Shown: positions 36,620 to 46,101, counted from the first letter of the stretch. The stretch is 64,000 nt of DNA from an uncultured Verrucomicrobiota bacterium (GCA_964507045.1 CAZDOO010000023.1:703-64702), one strand, 5' to 3'. A program made the numbers and translations. The notes: generated from the sequence alone by a model not told the origin.

Positions 36620-39157
36620 TTAGGGCGCATCCGGCGCAATCGGCTGAGTGAAGATCGCCCGGTGAATCGGCGTCGGATACGGCGCGTCCGGCCCTTTGGC
36701 TTCGGCCCAGAGGATGCGGTTCAGAGCGTCCTCGGGCGCGCGGTCATAGTCACGGAAGTCCATCCGCGCGGATTGTTTGGCGCCGGGCGACCGGGCGGTG
36801 TTCTTGGCCTGCAGATCTACCTGGGCCGGGAGCGGGGTGAATGGTGTAGCTAGGGAGACGGTCGTAAAGGAATTGAACATCGGCGTCGCGCCGGCGTCGT
36901 ACTGGGTCAGCGGCGGCAACCCCAAGATCAGCTCCATCGTGCGGACCATGCTGGCCGTCGTGTAAAGGGTGCTATCTACGAAGCCCCGCTTGCAATAGGG
37001 ACTGATCACCATGCCCGCCGTCCGGTGCGCGTCCACGTGATCCGGGCCGTTCTGGGCGTCGTCCTCGATGACGAAGATAGCCATTTCCTTCCAGAACTTG
37101 CTGCGGGAGGCGGCTTCAACAATCCGCGCGAGGCCGATGTCATTGCTGGCGACGCAGGCGTCGGGCGTGAAGGCGCCGGGGGTGGTGCCGCGGGTGTGAT
37201 TCTCGCCAAGGGACATGATCATGAACTGCGGGAGCGAGCCGGTCTGCTCGGCTTTGTGCAGGTCTTCAATCCAGCCCTTGACCCGGTCCATATCGCGCCC
37301 GCCTGGCCAAGTGCCCCGATTGATCGTGGGCACCAGCCGTGCGCCTTCGCCGTAGCACTTGAAACTGATGCCGTGCCGCTGGCACAGGTCCCACAGATAC
37401 CCCGCTGACGGAGTATCCATCTCGGTATTGCCGGGCAGGCGGCCATGCCGGGAGTAGGACATGATCCACGAACGCTGTCTGAAATCGGTTGCCATAGCCG
37501 CATCGCACCAGCTATGGCCGTCGGCGCTGACCTCGCCATTGCAATACAGATTGTCGAGCAACACATAATCCCGCGCCAGTTGATGCTGGTTAGGTGTGAC
37601 CCTCTCCCCGTAGATTGTCAGTGTTGGGTCACCGTTGCCGATGGGCTTGCCGGCGGCGTCCTTCATGTCGCCGAAGACCTGGTCGTAGGTCCGGTTCTCC
37701 TTGATGATGTAGAGCACGTGCTTGATGGGGCAGGGTTGGCCGACCTGTTGGGGGATAACGCTTCCGGCGGGGATGGGCGCCCGGTGGAGGGCCTCAGGAG
37801 TATAGGGCGAGTTGCGGCGGACCTGCTCAGTGTAGGCGGCCATTTGCGCCGGATCGGGCCGGCCGATGAAGGACACCGACCCCTCCAGCAGGCTGGCGAT
37901 GTGGTCGTAGGCCGCAGGCCGGGAGCGCTTGCCACGCGTCTTGCCCTGGCTGGGGTAATTGGGGTGGGAAAGCAGCCCTTTGCCGTTGGCGACCCACAGC
38001 GTTTGGTTGTCCGGGCTGACGCATACCGCGCTCGGATACCATCCCACCGGGATGAAGCCGTCCACCACGGAGACCGATTCGCGGTTGTGCCGGGCTTCTT
38101 CGGATAACGCGTTTGAGATATCCACCACCATGACGCTGTTGTTGTCAGCATTGGCGACAAAGAGCGTCTTGCCGTCCGGCGACACCGCCACGCCGTCGGG
38201 CGTGCTGCCTTCCGGTGCCCCGGGATAAAGCGAAGTGGAGATAATCTCCCGCGCCGCCTCCGGCATCCGGCGTTTCAAGTTGGCTTCGGCTTCCGGCCTT
38301 TCCACCTTTTGGGTTTGGAGCACGTGCACGGTATTGTCGCCGCTGCACGCTACGAACATGCGCCCGTCCGGCGCCAGCGCTAGGTCGTTGGGCCGGAGAC
38401 CCACCGGGATGTTGCGCACGCGCCGATTCTGCAGCGTATCCACCACGCTCACGTTCCGGCTGCCCCAATTGCTCACGTAGAGATGCCGCTTGTCCGCCCC
38501 GAAGAGGCACGAATGGGGGAATTCGCCCACGCCCACTACCGTCTCCAGCGCCAGCGTTTGCGCGTTTAGCACCCAGATCTCGTCATTGGCCTCGTTGCAG
38601 ACATACACTTTGCCGGTCGCCGGATGCACCGCTATTCCGGCCAGGAACACGGTCACCGCCTTCGGCGACGGTTTGACGAACCCCGCGGGTGTGGCCTTGC
38701 CGTCGGCGTACTTGAACACCTGAATCCGGCCGGAGTCTCCGCCCGACACAAAGATGCGCTTGCCATCCAGGCTGAACGCCAGGCCATTCCAAATCTTCGC
38801 CAGCGGCAGGAACTGTGTGAGTTTCCGCGCCTTGATATCCAGCAGGCTCAGGCCGGTGTCGTTGTAGCCCGCGCTGACTGCCAGCAGCATTTTCTTGTCC
38901 GGCGACACCACTAGCTTCAGGGGCAGATCGCTGATCCGCACATGCTCGCCGGCGGGGGTGACGCCCCAGCCGTTGAACAGCAGGTTCTTGCCGGGCTGGA
39001 GCCCCGCGGCTTCGCGAATCCGTGCGTCTTTGACATCGTCGTCGGGCTTTCGCTCCGGGTGTTGCGCTTGGGCGGCTGCGGGCAGTGCGCTCAGCAGCGT
39101 TAGGGTGGTGACCATGGCGACCAGGCGCCACGCTTGGCATAACACGATATTCATCAT
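36620..39157 (-). CDS. Secreted fusion: YncE/YVTN-type beta-propeller + phosphoesterase (PLC/AcpA family) domain
   Basis: 845 aa with a signal peptide. Repeated propeller blades (e.g. KRIFVSGGDSGRIQVF, GKVYVCNEANDEIWVL). Phosphoesterase motif is YIIKENRTYDQVFGD. Confidence 0.85.
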   Translation of the reverse strand: MMNIVLCQAWRLVAMVTTLTLLSALPAAAQAQHPERKPDDDVKDARIREAAGLQPGKNLLFNGWGVTPAGEHVRISDLPLKLVVSPDKKMLLAVSAGYNDTGLSLLDIKARKLTQFLPLAKIWNGLAFSLDGKRIFVSGGDSGRIQVFKYADGKATPAGFVKPSPKAVTVFLAGIAVHPATGKVYVCNEANDEIWVLNAQTLALETVVGVGEFPHSCLFGADKRHLYVSNWGSRNVSVVDTLQNRRVRNIPVGLRPNDLALAPDGRMFVACSGDNTVHVLQTQKVERPEAEANLKRRMPEAAREIISTSLYPGAPEGSTPDGVAVSPDGKTLFVANADNNSVMVVDISNALSEEARHNRESVSVVDGFIPVGWYPSAVCVSPDNQTLWVANGKGLLSHPNYPSQGKTRGKRSRPAAYDHIASLLEGSVSFIGRPDPAQMAAYTEQVRRNSPYTPEALHRAPIPAGSVIPQQVGQPCPIKHVLYIIKENRTYDQVFGDMKDAAGKPIGNGDPTLTIYGERVTPNQHQLARDYVLLDNLYCNGEVSADGHSWCDAAMATDFRQRSWIMSYSRHGRLPGNTEMDTPSAGYLWDLCQRHGISFKCYGEGARLVPTINRGTWPGGRDMDRVKGWIEDLHKAEQTGSLPQFMIMSLGENHTRGTTPGAFTPDACVASNDIGLARIVEAASRSKFWKEMAIFVIEDDAQNGPDHVDAHRTAGMVISPYCKRGFVDSTLYTTASMVRTMELILGLPPLTQYDAGATPMFNSFTTVSLATPFTPLPAQVDLQAKNTARSPGAKQSARMDFRDYDRAPEDALNRILWAEAKGPDAPYPTPIHRAIFTQPIAPDAP

Positions 39158-39319
39158 CAGTTTCTTACGGGCAAATGTGACCCGAATGCATTCTCGGTCC
39201 GCACGGAATGCCGGGTTCAGACGTCATCGTCGGCCAGCCCATGCCTTATGCGGCAAGAAAGGCGCCGACTTCCGTTAGCGGCTACCCCGGTATAGACGGT
39301 CTGGAGCAAGCCTCGGTTA

Positions 39320-40606
39320 CTACTTAAAATGCTGGTCGGCAAAGTCCAGAAACACGCGCCAATCGGCAGCGGTCATGGAGTGCTTGCCCTCCCGGATATA
39401 GTACCCCAGGGGCGAGGCGATCAGCTTGCCCAGCGGCGGCCTTTCCCTGGTCGCCAAGCCTGGCGAGCCAAGGAAGCGATACACGGGATCGGCTGCTTTC
39501 AACACCTCGAACTGGCCGGCGGGATTCGCCCATTGGTCCCCTTCCGCCGCCGTGAAGAGCACCGGTCGCGGCGCGCACAGCGCCACCAGCGCGTTCTGGT
39601 CAAACGGCAGCCGCTCGGGCTCATCGTTGAATTCTTTGAACGTGCCGTTAAACCAGTGCGGAAACCTGGTGTTAATGGCCTTGACGGATTCGCCCGTTCT
39701 ACCACGGCTCGGGGCGGAGCCGCCGCACCCGGCCTGGTGGGGGAAGGTCATCGCGATGCGCTCATCGAAGGCCGCCGCCAGCAGCGCCGTCTTGCCGTTG
39801 CGCGAATGCCCCAGCGTCGCAATCCGTTTTGCGTCAATGCTCCGGTCGGTGACCAAATAGTCCACGCAGCGGTGGAAGGCCCAGGCCCAGGCGGCAATGG
39901 TGCCGCGGTTGGTGGGATTGTTGCGGCTGGGATCGTTTCCAGCCAGCCAGGCATACAACCCCAGGCTCGCGTCCGCACGGTCTGGGTCGGCGTCCGCGTT
40001 GCAGAAGGTTGCCAGGGCGTAGCCGCGGCCAATGATCTCCGCCAGCGGCCAGTCCGCGCTTTGAGTGCCACGCGCGGCCTCAGTTGCGGCGCCATTTGTG
40101 CATCCGCGGCAGGTATCTCGCAGCCAGTTGCGCACGAGCGGGATGCGCGGATCGGGAGAAATCGCCTGGTTCCCGCAGAAGTTCAGGGCCAGGAGCACCG
40201 GCGCGGGCCCGGGCCGCTTGTTGGGTACGACCACCATCAGGTCAATGCGGGGCGCGTTCGGCTCGCCTGGCGCCATGTCCAGCGTCACCAGCCGCAGCGT
40301 CGCCTGGCCGTTCAGGAAATCGCGATGCTCGCCGGTGACCGTGGCATTCATCCGCGCCGGCTTTGGAGGAATGGGCCCATACATGTAGTGGGTGAACAGC
40401 GCCTTCAACTCCGGCCGCCGTCGCTGGAACCACTCCTGCCGCGTTTCCACCCGCTTCCCGTCCAGCTTGATCAGCGGGTCGGGCAGCGCCACTTGCGCGG
40501 GCAGGCTGGCCGTGTCCGGAAAGGCACGCGGCGCCGGAGATTGGCTGGCACAACCACACGCCACCAGCAGCGCCAGCGCGGCGAATCGCGGAAAGATGTC
40601 TTTCAT
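39320..40606 (-). CDS. CE15-like glucuronoyl esterase lipoprotein
   Basis: Lipobox is LLVACGC. Nucleophile motif GHSRNGK matches the G-x-S-R-x-G-K of CE15 alpha/beta hydrolases. Confidence 0.75.
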   Translation of the reverse strand: MKDIFPRFAALALLVACGCASQSPAPRAFPDTASLPAQVALPDPLIKLDGKRVETRQEWFQRRRPELKALFTHYMYGPIPPKPARMNATVTGEHRDFLNGQATLRLVTLDMAPGEPNAPRIDLMVVVPNKRPGPAPVLLALNFCGNQAISPDPRIPLVRNWLRDTCRGCTNGAATEAARGTQSADWPLAEIIGRGYALATFCNADADPDRADASLGLYAWLAGNDPSRNNPTNRGTIAAWAWAFHRCVDYLVTDRSIDAKRIATLGHSRNGKTALLAAAFDERIAMTFPHQAGCGGSAPSRGRTGESVKAINTRFPHWFNGTFKEFNDEPERLPFDQNALVALCAPRPVLFTAAEGDQWANPAGQFEVLKAADPVYRFLGSPGLATRERPPLGKLIASPLGYYIREGKHSMTAADWRVFLDFADQHFK

Positions 40607-40724
40607 AAGCGGTGAAGAAACTACGCGTTGCGTTCATGCCTGTCAGGCAGATTTAAAGGACTGCGGCTTTCCGGCTTGACGAACCGCCGCGCTGGGGCTG
40701 TCTTATGGCGCAACAGTAAAGATT

Positions 40725-41738
40725 ATGATGAAGACCTTGCCAATTGCCCTCCTGTGCGCCTTGGCCCTGCCCCTGGCCGCCCAAACCTCCAAACCCGTTG
40801 TCATTGCGCATCGCGGCGCCAGCGGCTATCTGCCCGAGCACACCCTGGAGGCGAAGGTGCTGGCCCACGCCATGGGCGCGGACTTCCTGGAGCAGGATGT
40901 CGTGCTCACCAAGGATAACGTGCCCGTCATCATGCACGACATCCAGTTGGAGACGATCAGCGACGTCGCTCAGCGGTTCCCCGACCGCAAGCGGGCCAAT
41001 GGGCACTACTACGCCCTGGATTTCACCCTCGCGGAGATCAAGCAGCTCCACGCCCATGAGCGCACCAACCCGAAAACCGGCAAGGCGGTCTATCCAGACC
41101 GCTTCCCGCTGGGCCAGTCCTCCTTCCAAATCTCGACGCTGGAAGAGGAACTCCAGCTCATCCAGGGGCTTAACAAGACCTGCCATCGCGTGGCGGGCAT
41201 CTACCCCGAGATCAAGCAGCCGGCCTGGCACCGCAAGGAAGGCCATGACATCAGCCGCATCGTGCTGCCCATCCTGCGGCACTATGGCTACGCGACCAAA
41301 CAAGACCCGTGCTGGGTCCAGTGCTTCGAGCCGGACGAGGTGAAACGCATCCGGACTGAGCTGGGCTGGGAGGGGCATCTTCTCCTGCTGCTCTCGGCGA
41401 ACCGAAAACACCCCGACGGCACCAGCGCGGAAGCCTGGTTCACGCCCGCGGGCATGGTGGAACTGGCCAAGGTGGCTGACGGCATTGGCCCCGAACTCAG
41501 CGCTATCGTGTCTGGCAAGTCGAAAGCCGATCGCAAGGTTACTGACTTCGTCAAGAACGCGCACGCGGCGAAGCTGACTGTACATCCCTACACTCTGCGC
41601 GCCGACGAATTGCCGAAGTTTGCCGACTCGATGGACGACGCCATGGAAGTGCTTTATACTGAAGCCAAACTGGACGGCTTCTTCACCGACTTCCCCGACT
41701 TGCCTGTCAAATGGCTCGGCGCGCACGGCCTGCGCTAG
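40725..41738 (+). CDS. glpQ: Periplasmic glycerophosphodiester phosphodiesterase
   Basis: Signal peptide present. Motifs are VIAHRGASGYLPEHT, EQDVVLTKD and IYPEIK. Confidence 0.9.
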   Translation: MMKTLPIALLCALALPLAAQTSKPVVIAHRGASGYLPEHTLEAKVLAHAMGADFLEQDVVLTKDNVPVIMHDIQLETISDVAQRFPDRKRANGHYYALDFTLAEIKQLHAHERTNPKTGKAVYPDRFPLGQSSFQISTLEEELQLIQGLNKTCHRVAGIYPEIKQPAWHRKEGHDISRIVLPILRHYGYATKQDPCWVQCFEPDEVKRIRTELGWEGHLLLLLSANRKHPDGTSAEAWFTPAGMVELAKVADGIGPELSAIVSGKSKADRKVTDFVKNAHAAKLTVHPYTLRADELPKFADSMDDAMEVLYTEAKLDGFFTDFPDLPVKWLGAHGLR

Positions 41739-41753
41739 GGCTAAGAGCGCCGA

Positions 41754-43148
41754 GTGAGTTTATCCCGGTCATCCTCCTCTCGGAACGCTGCGGTCAACCG
41801 GCGGATATTCCTCACGCAGCTTGGCGTCATGTCTTACGGCGGGGCGGCGCTCGCCGCGGCTGCTGACCTCAAGGCTTCCCCGGCTGGTAGTAGTCGTCCC
41901 GTTGCCGCCGATGTGCTCGTTGTGGGCGGCGGCACTGCCGGAATGATTGCGGCCATCCAGGCCGCGCGGTTGGGTGCCCGCACCGTGCTCGTGGAGGCCG
42001 GCAGCCAGTTGGGCGGGACGGCGACCACTGCCGGCGTGGATTTCCCCGGCCTGTTCCATGCCTGGGGCCGGCAGATCATTGCGGGCATCGGCTGGGAATT
42101 GGTCACCGCCACAGTGCAACTCAACAGTGATCGCCTGCCGGACTTCTCCGTGCCCACGGGCCCGCAACACTGGCGCCACCAGGTCCGGCTGTCCGGTGCG
42201 CTCTACGCCGCCTTGGCGGAGGAAGCTTGTCTCCAGGCCGGTGTTCAACTGCGGTATTACGAGTTCCCCCTATCCATTACCTCGGCCCGGGATGGTTGGA
42301 AGGCGCAAGTAGCCGGCAAGGGCACCCGGGTCGAAGTCCGCGCCCGCCAGGTAGTGGACTGCACCGGCAACGCGGCGGTGGTCGGGTTGCTTGGCCTGCC
42401 ACGCCAACGCGAGGCGGCAACGCAACCGGGCACGCTGATCTACCGGCTCGCTGGCTATCGGCTGGAAGAGACTGACTTGCCGGCGCTCGACGCCAGGGCG
42501 CGCGAGGCGGTGAAACAGGCCCAATTGCTGGACACCGATTTCAACCGGAACCTGCGCCATTTCCTGGCCAAGGGCGGCGAGAGCGGGATGCATGTGCTGG
42601 AAGCCGATTCCTCCACCTCGGAGACCCACACCCGGACAAACATCCGCGGCCGGCAATCCCTGCTGCGCATGATGCGCTTTCTTAAACCGCTGCCGGGCTT
42701 TGAGAACCTCCGCATCGAGCGGCTCCAGCCCGAAACCGCCGTGCGCGAAACCTATCGAATCGTCGGGGAGACCACGGTGAGCTGCGACGATTACGTCACC
42801 GGACGCAAATTTCCCGACGCGGTCGCCTATTCGTTCTATCCGATTGATCTCCACGACGAGCGCGGGGTCCGGCCCAAGCCGCTCTCCGAAGGCGTGGTGC
42901 CCACCCTGCCGCTGGGGGCGTTGATTCCGAAGAACAGCCGCAACTTGGTTGTAGCGGGACGTTGCGTCAGCAGTGACCGGCTGGCCAACTCGGCGCTCCG
43001 CGTGCAGGCTTCGTGCATGGCGATGGGTCAGGCCGCGGGTGCCGCCGCCGCGCTCGCCGCCTTGTCCCGCAGCACTCCGGCCCGTGTGCCCCGGGAGCAA
43101 CTGCGCCGCACCCTCGTCGAGCACGGGGCAATCGTTCCACCGGCTTGA
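41754..43148 (+). CDS. TAT-exported FAD-dependent oxidoreductase
   Basis: GTG start. Twin-arginine-like NRRIFLTQLG. Dinucleotide fold VLVVGGGTAGMIAAIQAARLG. Confidence 0.8.
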   Translation: MSLSRSSSSRNAAVNRRIFLTQLGVMSYGGAALAAAADLKASPAGSSRPVAADVLVVGGGTAGMIAAIQAARLGARTVLVEAGSQLGGTATTAGVDFPGLFHAWGRQIIAGIGWELVTATVQLNSDRLPDFSVPTGPQHWRHQVRLSGALYAALAEEACLQAGVQLRYYEFPLSITSARDGWKAQVAGKGTRVEVRARQVVDCTGNAAVVGLLGLPRQREAATQPGTLIYRLAGYRLEETDLPALDARAREAVKQAQLLDTDFNRNLRHFLAKGGESGMHVLEADSSTSETHTRTNIRGRQSLLRMMRFLKPLPGFENLRIERLQPETAVRETYRIVGETTVSCDDYVTGRKFPDAVAYSFYPIDLHDERGVRPKPLSEGVVPTLPLGALIPKNSRNLVVAGRCVSSDRLANSALRVQASCMAMGQAAGAAAALAALSRSTPARVPREQLRRTLVEHGAIVPPA

Positions 43149-43230
43149 GATGCCTGCTGCCCCGCCGGGGCTCGGACCTGGTGTCCCTGCCAGACGAAGC
43201 GGCCCGCTCGCATTCCCGGTGCCCTTCGTC

Positions 43231-43280
43231 ATTCAGGTCTTCGCCCCGGCGCACTGGACTTGCGCACCCCGATCCTGACA
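43231..43280 (+). repeat. Left copy of a 50-bp imperfect direct repeat flanking the two-ORF cassette
   Basis: Ungapped alignment to 43967-44016 gives 38/50 identities by my count, including a 17-nt perfect core CCCCGGCGCACTGGACT (43244-43260). Both copies share the ends ATTCAG...CTGACA. Confidence 0.75.
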
Positions 43281-43363
43281 ACGCAGCCCTCCCAAACTCG
43301 AGCAGCCGGTTTTTTGATCGGCTTGAGAGTTGCACCGATGCCAGCCTTTGGCACAATGGGCTC

Positions 43364-43585
43364 ATGCCGAAGCAGTTGTTGGACGAAGCGTGCGTCAGCC
43401 GTCAGGCGTTTGAGGTGACATCCCTGGCCGAAGCGGAGAAGGCGGACCTGCAATACTGGCGTTCCCGCACCCCCGACGAGCGCCTCGCGGCGCTGGAACT
43501 GAGCCGGCAGATCGCTTATGGCTACGATCCGACTGCCCGCGGACTTTCGCGATTTTTTGAAGTTGCTGAATTCCCACCGCGTTGA
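43364..43585 (+). CDS. Small (73 aa) hypothetical protein, first ORF of the cassette
   Basis: In-frame ATG 43364 of track ORF 43013..43585. Charged helical sequence (EAEKADLQYWRSRTPDERLAALELSRQIAYGY). Overlaps the next ORF by 68 nt. Confidence 0.5.
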   Translation: MPKQLLDEACVSRQAFEVTSLAEAEKADLQYWRSRTPDERLAALELSRQIAYGYDPTARGLSRFFEVAEFPPR

Positions 43586-43967
43586 ATACCTCCTGGTGGG
43601 AGGCTATGCGGTGTGCTACCACGGCTACTATCGTACCACCGGGAATATGGATCTATGGGTGGCTGTCCATCCCGAAAACGCCGCCAAACTGGTTCGCCTT
43701 ATTCGTGAATTCGGCTTTAACGTGCCGGAGCTTTCCGAGACGCTTTTCCTTCAGAAAGGCCGCATCATTCGGATGGGCCTTGAGCCCGTGCGAATCGAGA
43801 TACTGACCGAGATCTCTGGTTGCGACTTCACTGGCTGTTATGCTCAAAAGGTTGAGGCAACGCTGGACGGCGTTCCTGTGAAAATCATCGGCCTCGCCGA
43901 CCTCATCAAAAACAAGCTCAAGAGCGGTCGCTTAAAGGATTTGGACGACGCGCGAAAGCTAAGCTGA
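43518..43967 (+). CDS. Minimal nucleotidyltransferase-fold-like protein (149 aa)
   Basis: ATG start. HRVEYLLVGGYAVCYHGYYRTTGNMDLWV resembles the G[GS]-x(n)-D-x-D region of pol-beta-fold NTases, but reads N-x-D here. GC content is lower than the flanks. Confidence 0.7.
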   Translation: MATIRLPADFRDFLKLLNSHRVEYLLVGGYAVCYHGYYRTTGNMDLWVAVHPENAAKLVRLIREFGFNVPELSETLFLQKGRIIRMGLEPVRIEILTEISGCDFTGCYAQKVEATLDGVPVKIIGLADLIKNKLKSGRLKDLDDARKLS

Positions 43968-44016
43968 TTCAGCCCGTCACCCCGGCGCACTGGACTCGCA
44001 CCTCCCAGCTCTGACA
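43967..44016 (+). repeat. Right copy of the 50-bp imperfect direct repeat
   Basis: It starts at the last base of the cassette stop codon (TGA 43965-43967). The perfect core is at 43980-43996. Confidence 0.75.
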
Positions 44017-44073
44017 TCCCCGTTCAACTGCGGCTTCCTTCCAGCGATGGCAGCACCGCTTGGGCCAGACGGG

Positions 44074-45207
44074 CTACACTAGCCTTTTAAGCTTCGGATC
44101 TGCCGCCAGCCGCTTGACCAGCTCCTTCACCTTCTGCGCCTGGCTCTTGTGCGCCAGCAAAACCGCGTCGTCGGTTTGCACCAGGATCGAGTCGCGCAGG
44201 CCGACCACCGCAATGGGCGTGCGCCGCTCCTTGCTGCGCGCGTCGAAAATGATGTTCCGCGCCCCATCTACGTGGATGAAGTCCGCCACGGCGCAATTGC
44301 CCTCCGGGTCAGCCTTGAGATGCCGGCCCAGCGCTGTCCACGAGCCGAGATCGTCCCACTCGAAGGCCCCGTCGGCCACGATCACGTTCTGCGCGTGCTC
44401 CATCAGCGCGTAGTCAATCGAGATCTTCTTGATCTCGGGATACTCCTTCGCGAGCACCCGGTTGAGCTGCGCGGGCTGGGCCGCCACCTTGAACCAGCGC
44501 TGGCAGGCCGCGTACATCTCCGGCTGGTGCTTCTGCAGTCCCTCGGTGATGGTTACGAAAGACCAGATGAACATGCCCGCGTTCCAGCGGTAATAGCCGC
44601 TGTTCACATATTCGAGCGCCTTCTCGAAGTAAGGCTTCTCGACAAACTTCTCGGCGCGGTAGAAGGGTGTTTTGTAGCCCTTCACCCCTTGCGGCGGCGG
44701 CAGCGTCTCGCCGACGTGTATGTAGCCGTAGCCGGTGGCTGGCTCGGTCGGCTTGATGCCAATCGTGATTATGGCCTGCCCGCGGCCGGCCAGGTCGAAG
44801 GCGTCTGACAGCACCTGTTGGAACTTCTTCTCTTCCGGAATGACATGATCGGCCGGGAGCACCGCCATGACGCCACTGGTCGAGCGCGCCCCCGCCAATG
44901 CCGCCCCGAGCGTGACCGCCGCGCAGGTGTCGCGGCCGATGGGCTCGGCGATGACATTCTCCTTCGGCAGCTTTGGCAATTGCCTGCGCACCTCGGGCGC
45001 CTGGACCGCGTTGGTGATGACGAGGATGTTCTTGATCGGCACCAGCGGGAGCACTCGGTCAACGGTCTGCTGCAGGAAAGACCGGCTGCCCAGCAGCGGG
45101 ATGAGCTGCTTGGGCATCTGCTCACGGCTGACCGGCCAGAAGCGCTCGCCCCGGCCGCCGGCCATGATGATTACGAAACGTTCGTTGGTATTAGACTTGG
45201 CTTTCAT
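44074..45207 (-). CDS. Mannose-1-phosphate guanylyltransferase-like nucleotidyltransferase
   Basis: 377 aa. G-loop IMAGGRGERFWP; also GIKPTEPATGYGYI. The ATG overlaps the trpA stop (ATGA). Confidence 0.85.
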   Translation of the reverse strand: MKAKSNTNERFVIIMAGGRGERFWPVSREQMPKQLIPLLGSRSFLQQTVDRVLPLVPIKNILVITNAVQAPEVRRQLPKLPKENVIAEPIGRDTCAAVTLGAALAGARSTSGVMAVLPADHVIPEEKKFQQVLSDAFDLAGRGQAIITIGIKPTEPATGYGYIHVGETLPPPQGVKGYKTPFYRAEKFVEKPYFEKALEYVNSGYYRWNAGMFIWSFVTITEGLQKHQPEMYAACQRWFKVAAQPAQLNRVLAKEYPEIKKISIDYALMEHAQNVIVADGAFEWDDLGSWTALGRHLKADPEGNCAVADFIHVDGARNIIFDARSKERRTPIAVVGLRDSILVQTDDAVLLAHKSQAQKVKELVKRLAADPKLKRLV

Positions 45208-46028
45208 GGTTGCTTCACTGCTTGCACCAGCGACTGCACAAACTCTCCGACCCGCGCGACCAAATCCGGAGCTTGGCCGTGCTGGGCTATCTGGTTTACG
45301 ATCGCGCTGCCAACCACCACCGCCTCGGCGCTGCGCGCCACCAGCTTCGCCTGCTCGGGCGTCGAGATGCCGAAGCCGACCGCGATCGGCAAGTCCGTGT
45401 GGGCGCGAATCCTGGCGGTCATCGGTGCAATCGTGTCGGCCACCTTCGCCTGCATGCCCGTGACGCCTTCGCGGGACACGTAATAAATGAAACCAGCGGC
45501 GTGCTTGACGATCAGCTCGATGCGGTCGTCGGGCGTTGTCGGCGCCACCAGGTAGATGTTGCAGAGCCCGGCCGCGCGCATCAGCGCCTCGTAGCCGTTG
45601 CTCTCTTCGGGCGGCAAATCGAGCACCAGCAGGCCGTCCACGCCCGCCTGGGCCGCGTCCCGAATGAAGCGCTCAAGACCGTAGCGATGGACGAGATTGA
45701 AGTAAATGTAGAGGACGATGGGGATCTGCGAATCACGGCGGATGGCGGCGACCGTCGCCAGGAGCTTGGGTGGTGTGGTGCCGGCATCCAGGCCGCGCTG
45801 GGCGGCGAGTTGATTGACCACGCCATCCGCCAGCGGATCACTGAAGGGCACGCCCAACTCCAGCACATCCACGCCCACTCGATCCAGCGCCAGCGCCAGC
45901 CGGCGCGTGGCTTCCAGGTTCGGGTCCCCCGCGCCAATATAAACAACAAATCCCTTCTGCTGTTCCCGTTTCAGGCGGGCAAATCGTTCGACTATGCGGT
46001 TCATCCGTGCCGTAGTCTCAGGGCTCAC
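45204..46028 (-). CDS. trpA: Tryptophan synthase alpha chain
   Basis: 274 aa. Motifs are LELGVPFSDPLADG and GFGIS. Confidence 0.9.
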   Translation of the reverse strand: MSPETTARMNRIVERFARLKREQQKGFVVYIGAGDPNLEATRRLALALDRVGVDVLELGVPFSDPLADGVVNQLAAQRGLDAGTTPPKLLATVAAIRRDSQIPIVLYIYFNLVHRYGLERFIRDAAQAGVDGLLVLDLPPEESNGYEALMRAAGLCNIYLVAPTTPDDRIELIVKHAAGFIYYVSREGVTGMQAKVADTIAPMTARIRAHTDLPIAVGFGISTPEQAKLVARSAEAVVVGSAIVNQIAQHGQAPDLVARVGEFVQSLVQAVKQP

Positions 46029-46101
46029 GCCACTCGTTTCAAGCTACAAGTTGCCTTCTCGCCGGACGACACAGGCGCCCGCGGTGTGGGGCCGGAGTAA
46101 T

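Noticed and set aside
39329-40615. 428-aa plus-strand ORF
   Set aside because: It is antisense to the CE15-like esterase gene, which has a lipobox and the GHSRNGK nucleophile motif. The antisense translation is featureless.
43364-43967. Possibility that the two overlapping cassette ORFs are one frameshifted gene
   Set aside because: The second ORF has its own ATG and an N-terminus (LPADFRDFLKLLNSHRVEYLLVGG) that looks complete for a stand-alone minimal NTase-like protein. I cannot exclude a frameshift without homologue alignment.
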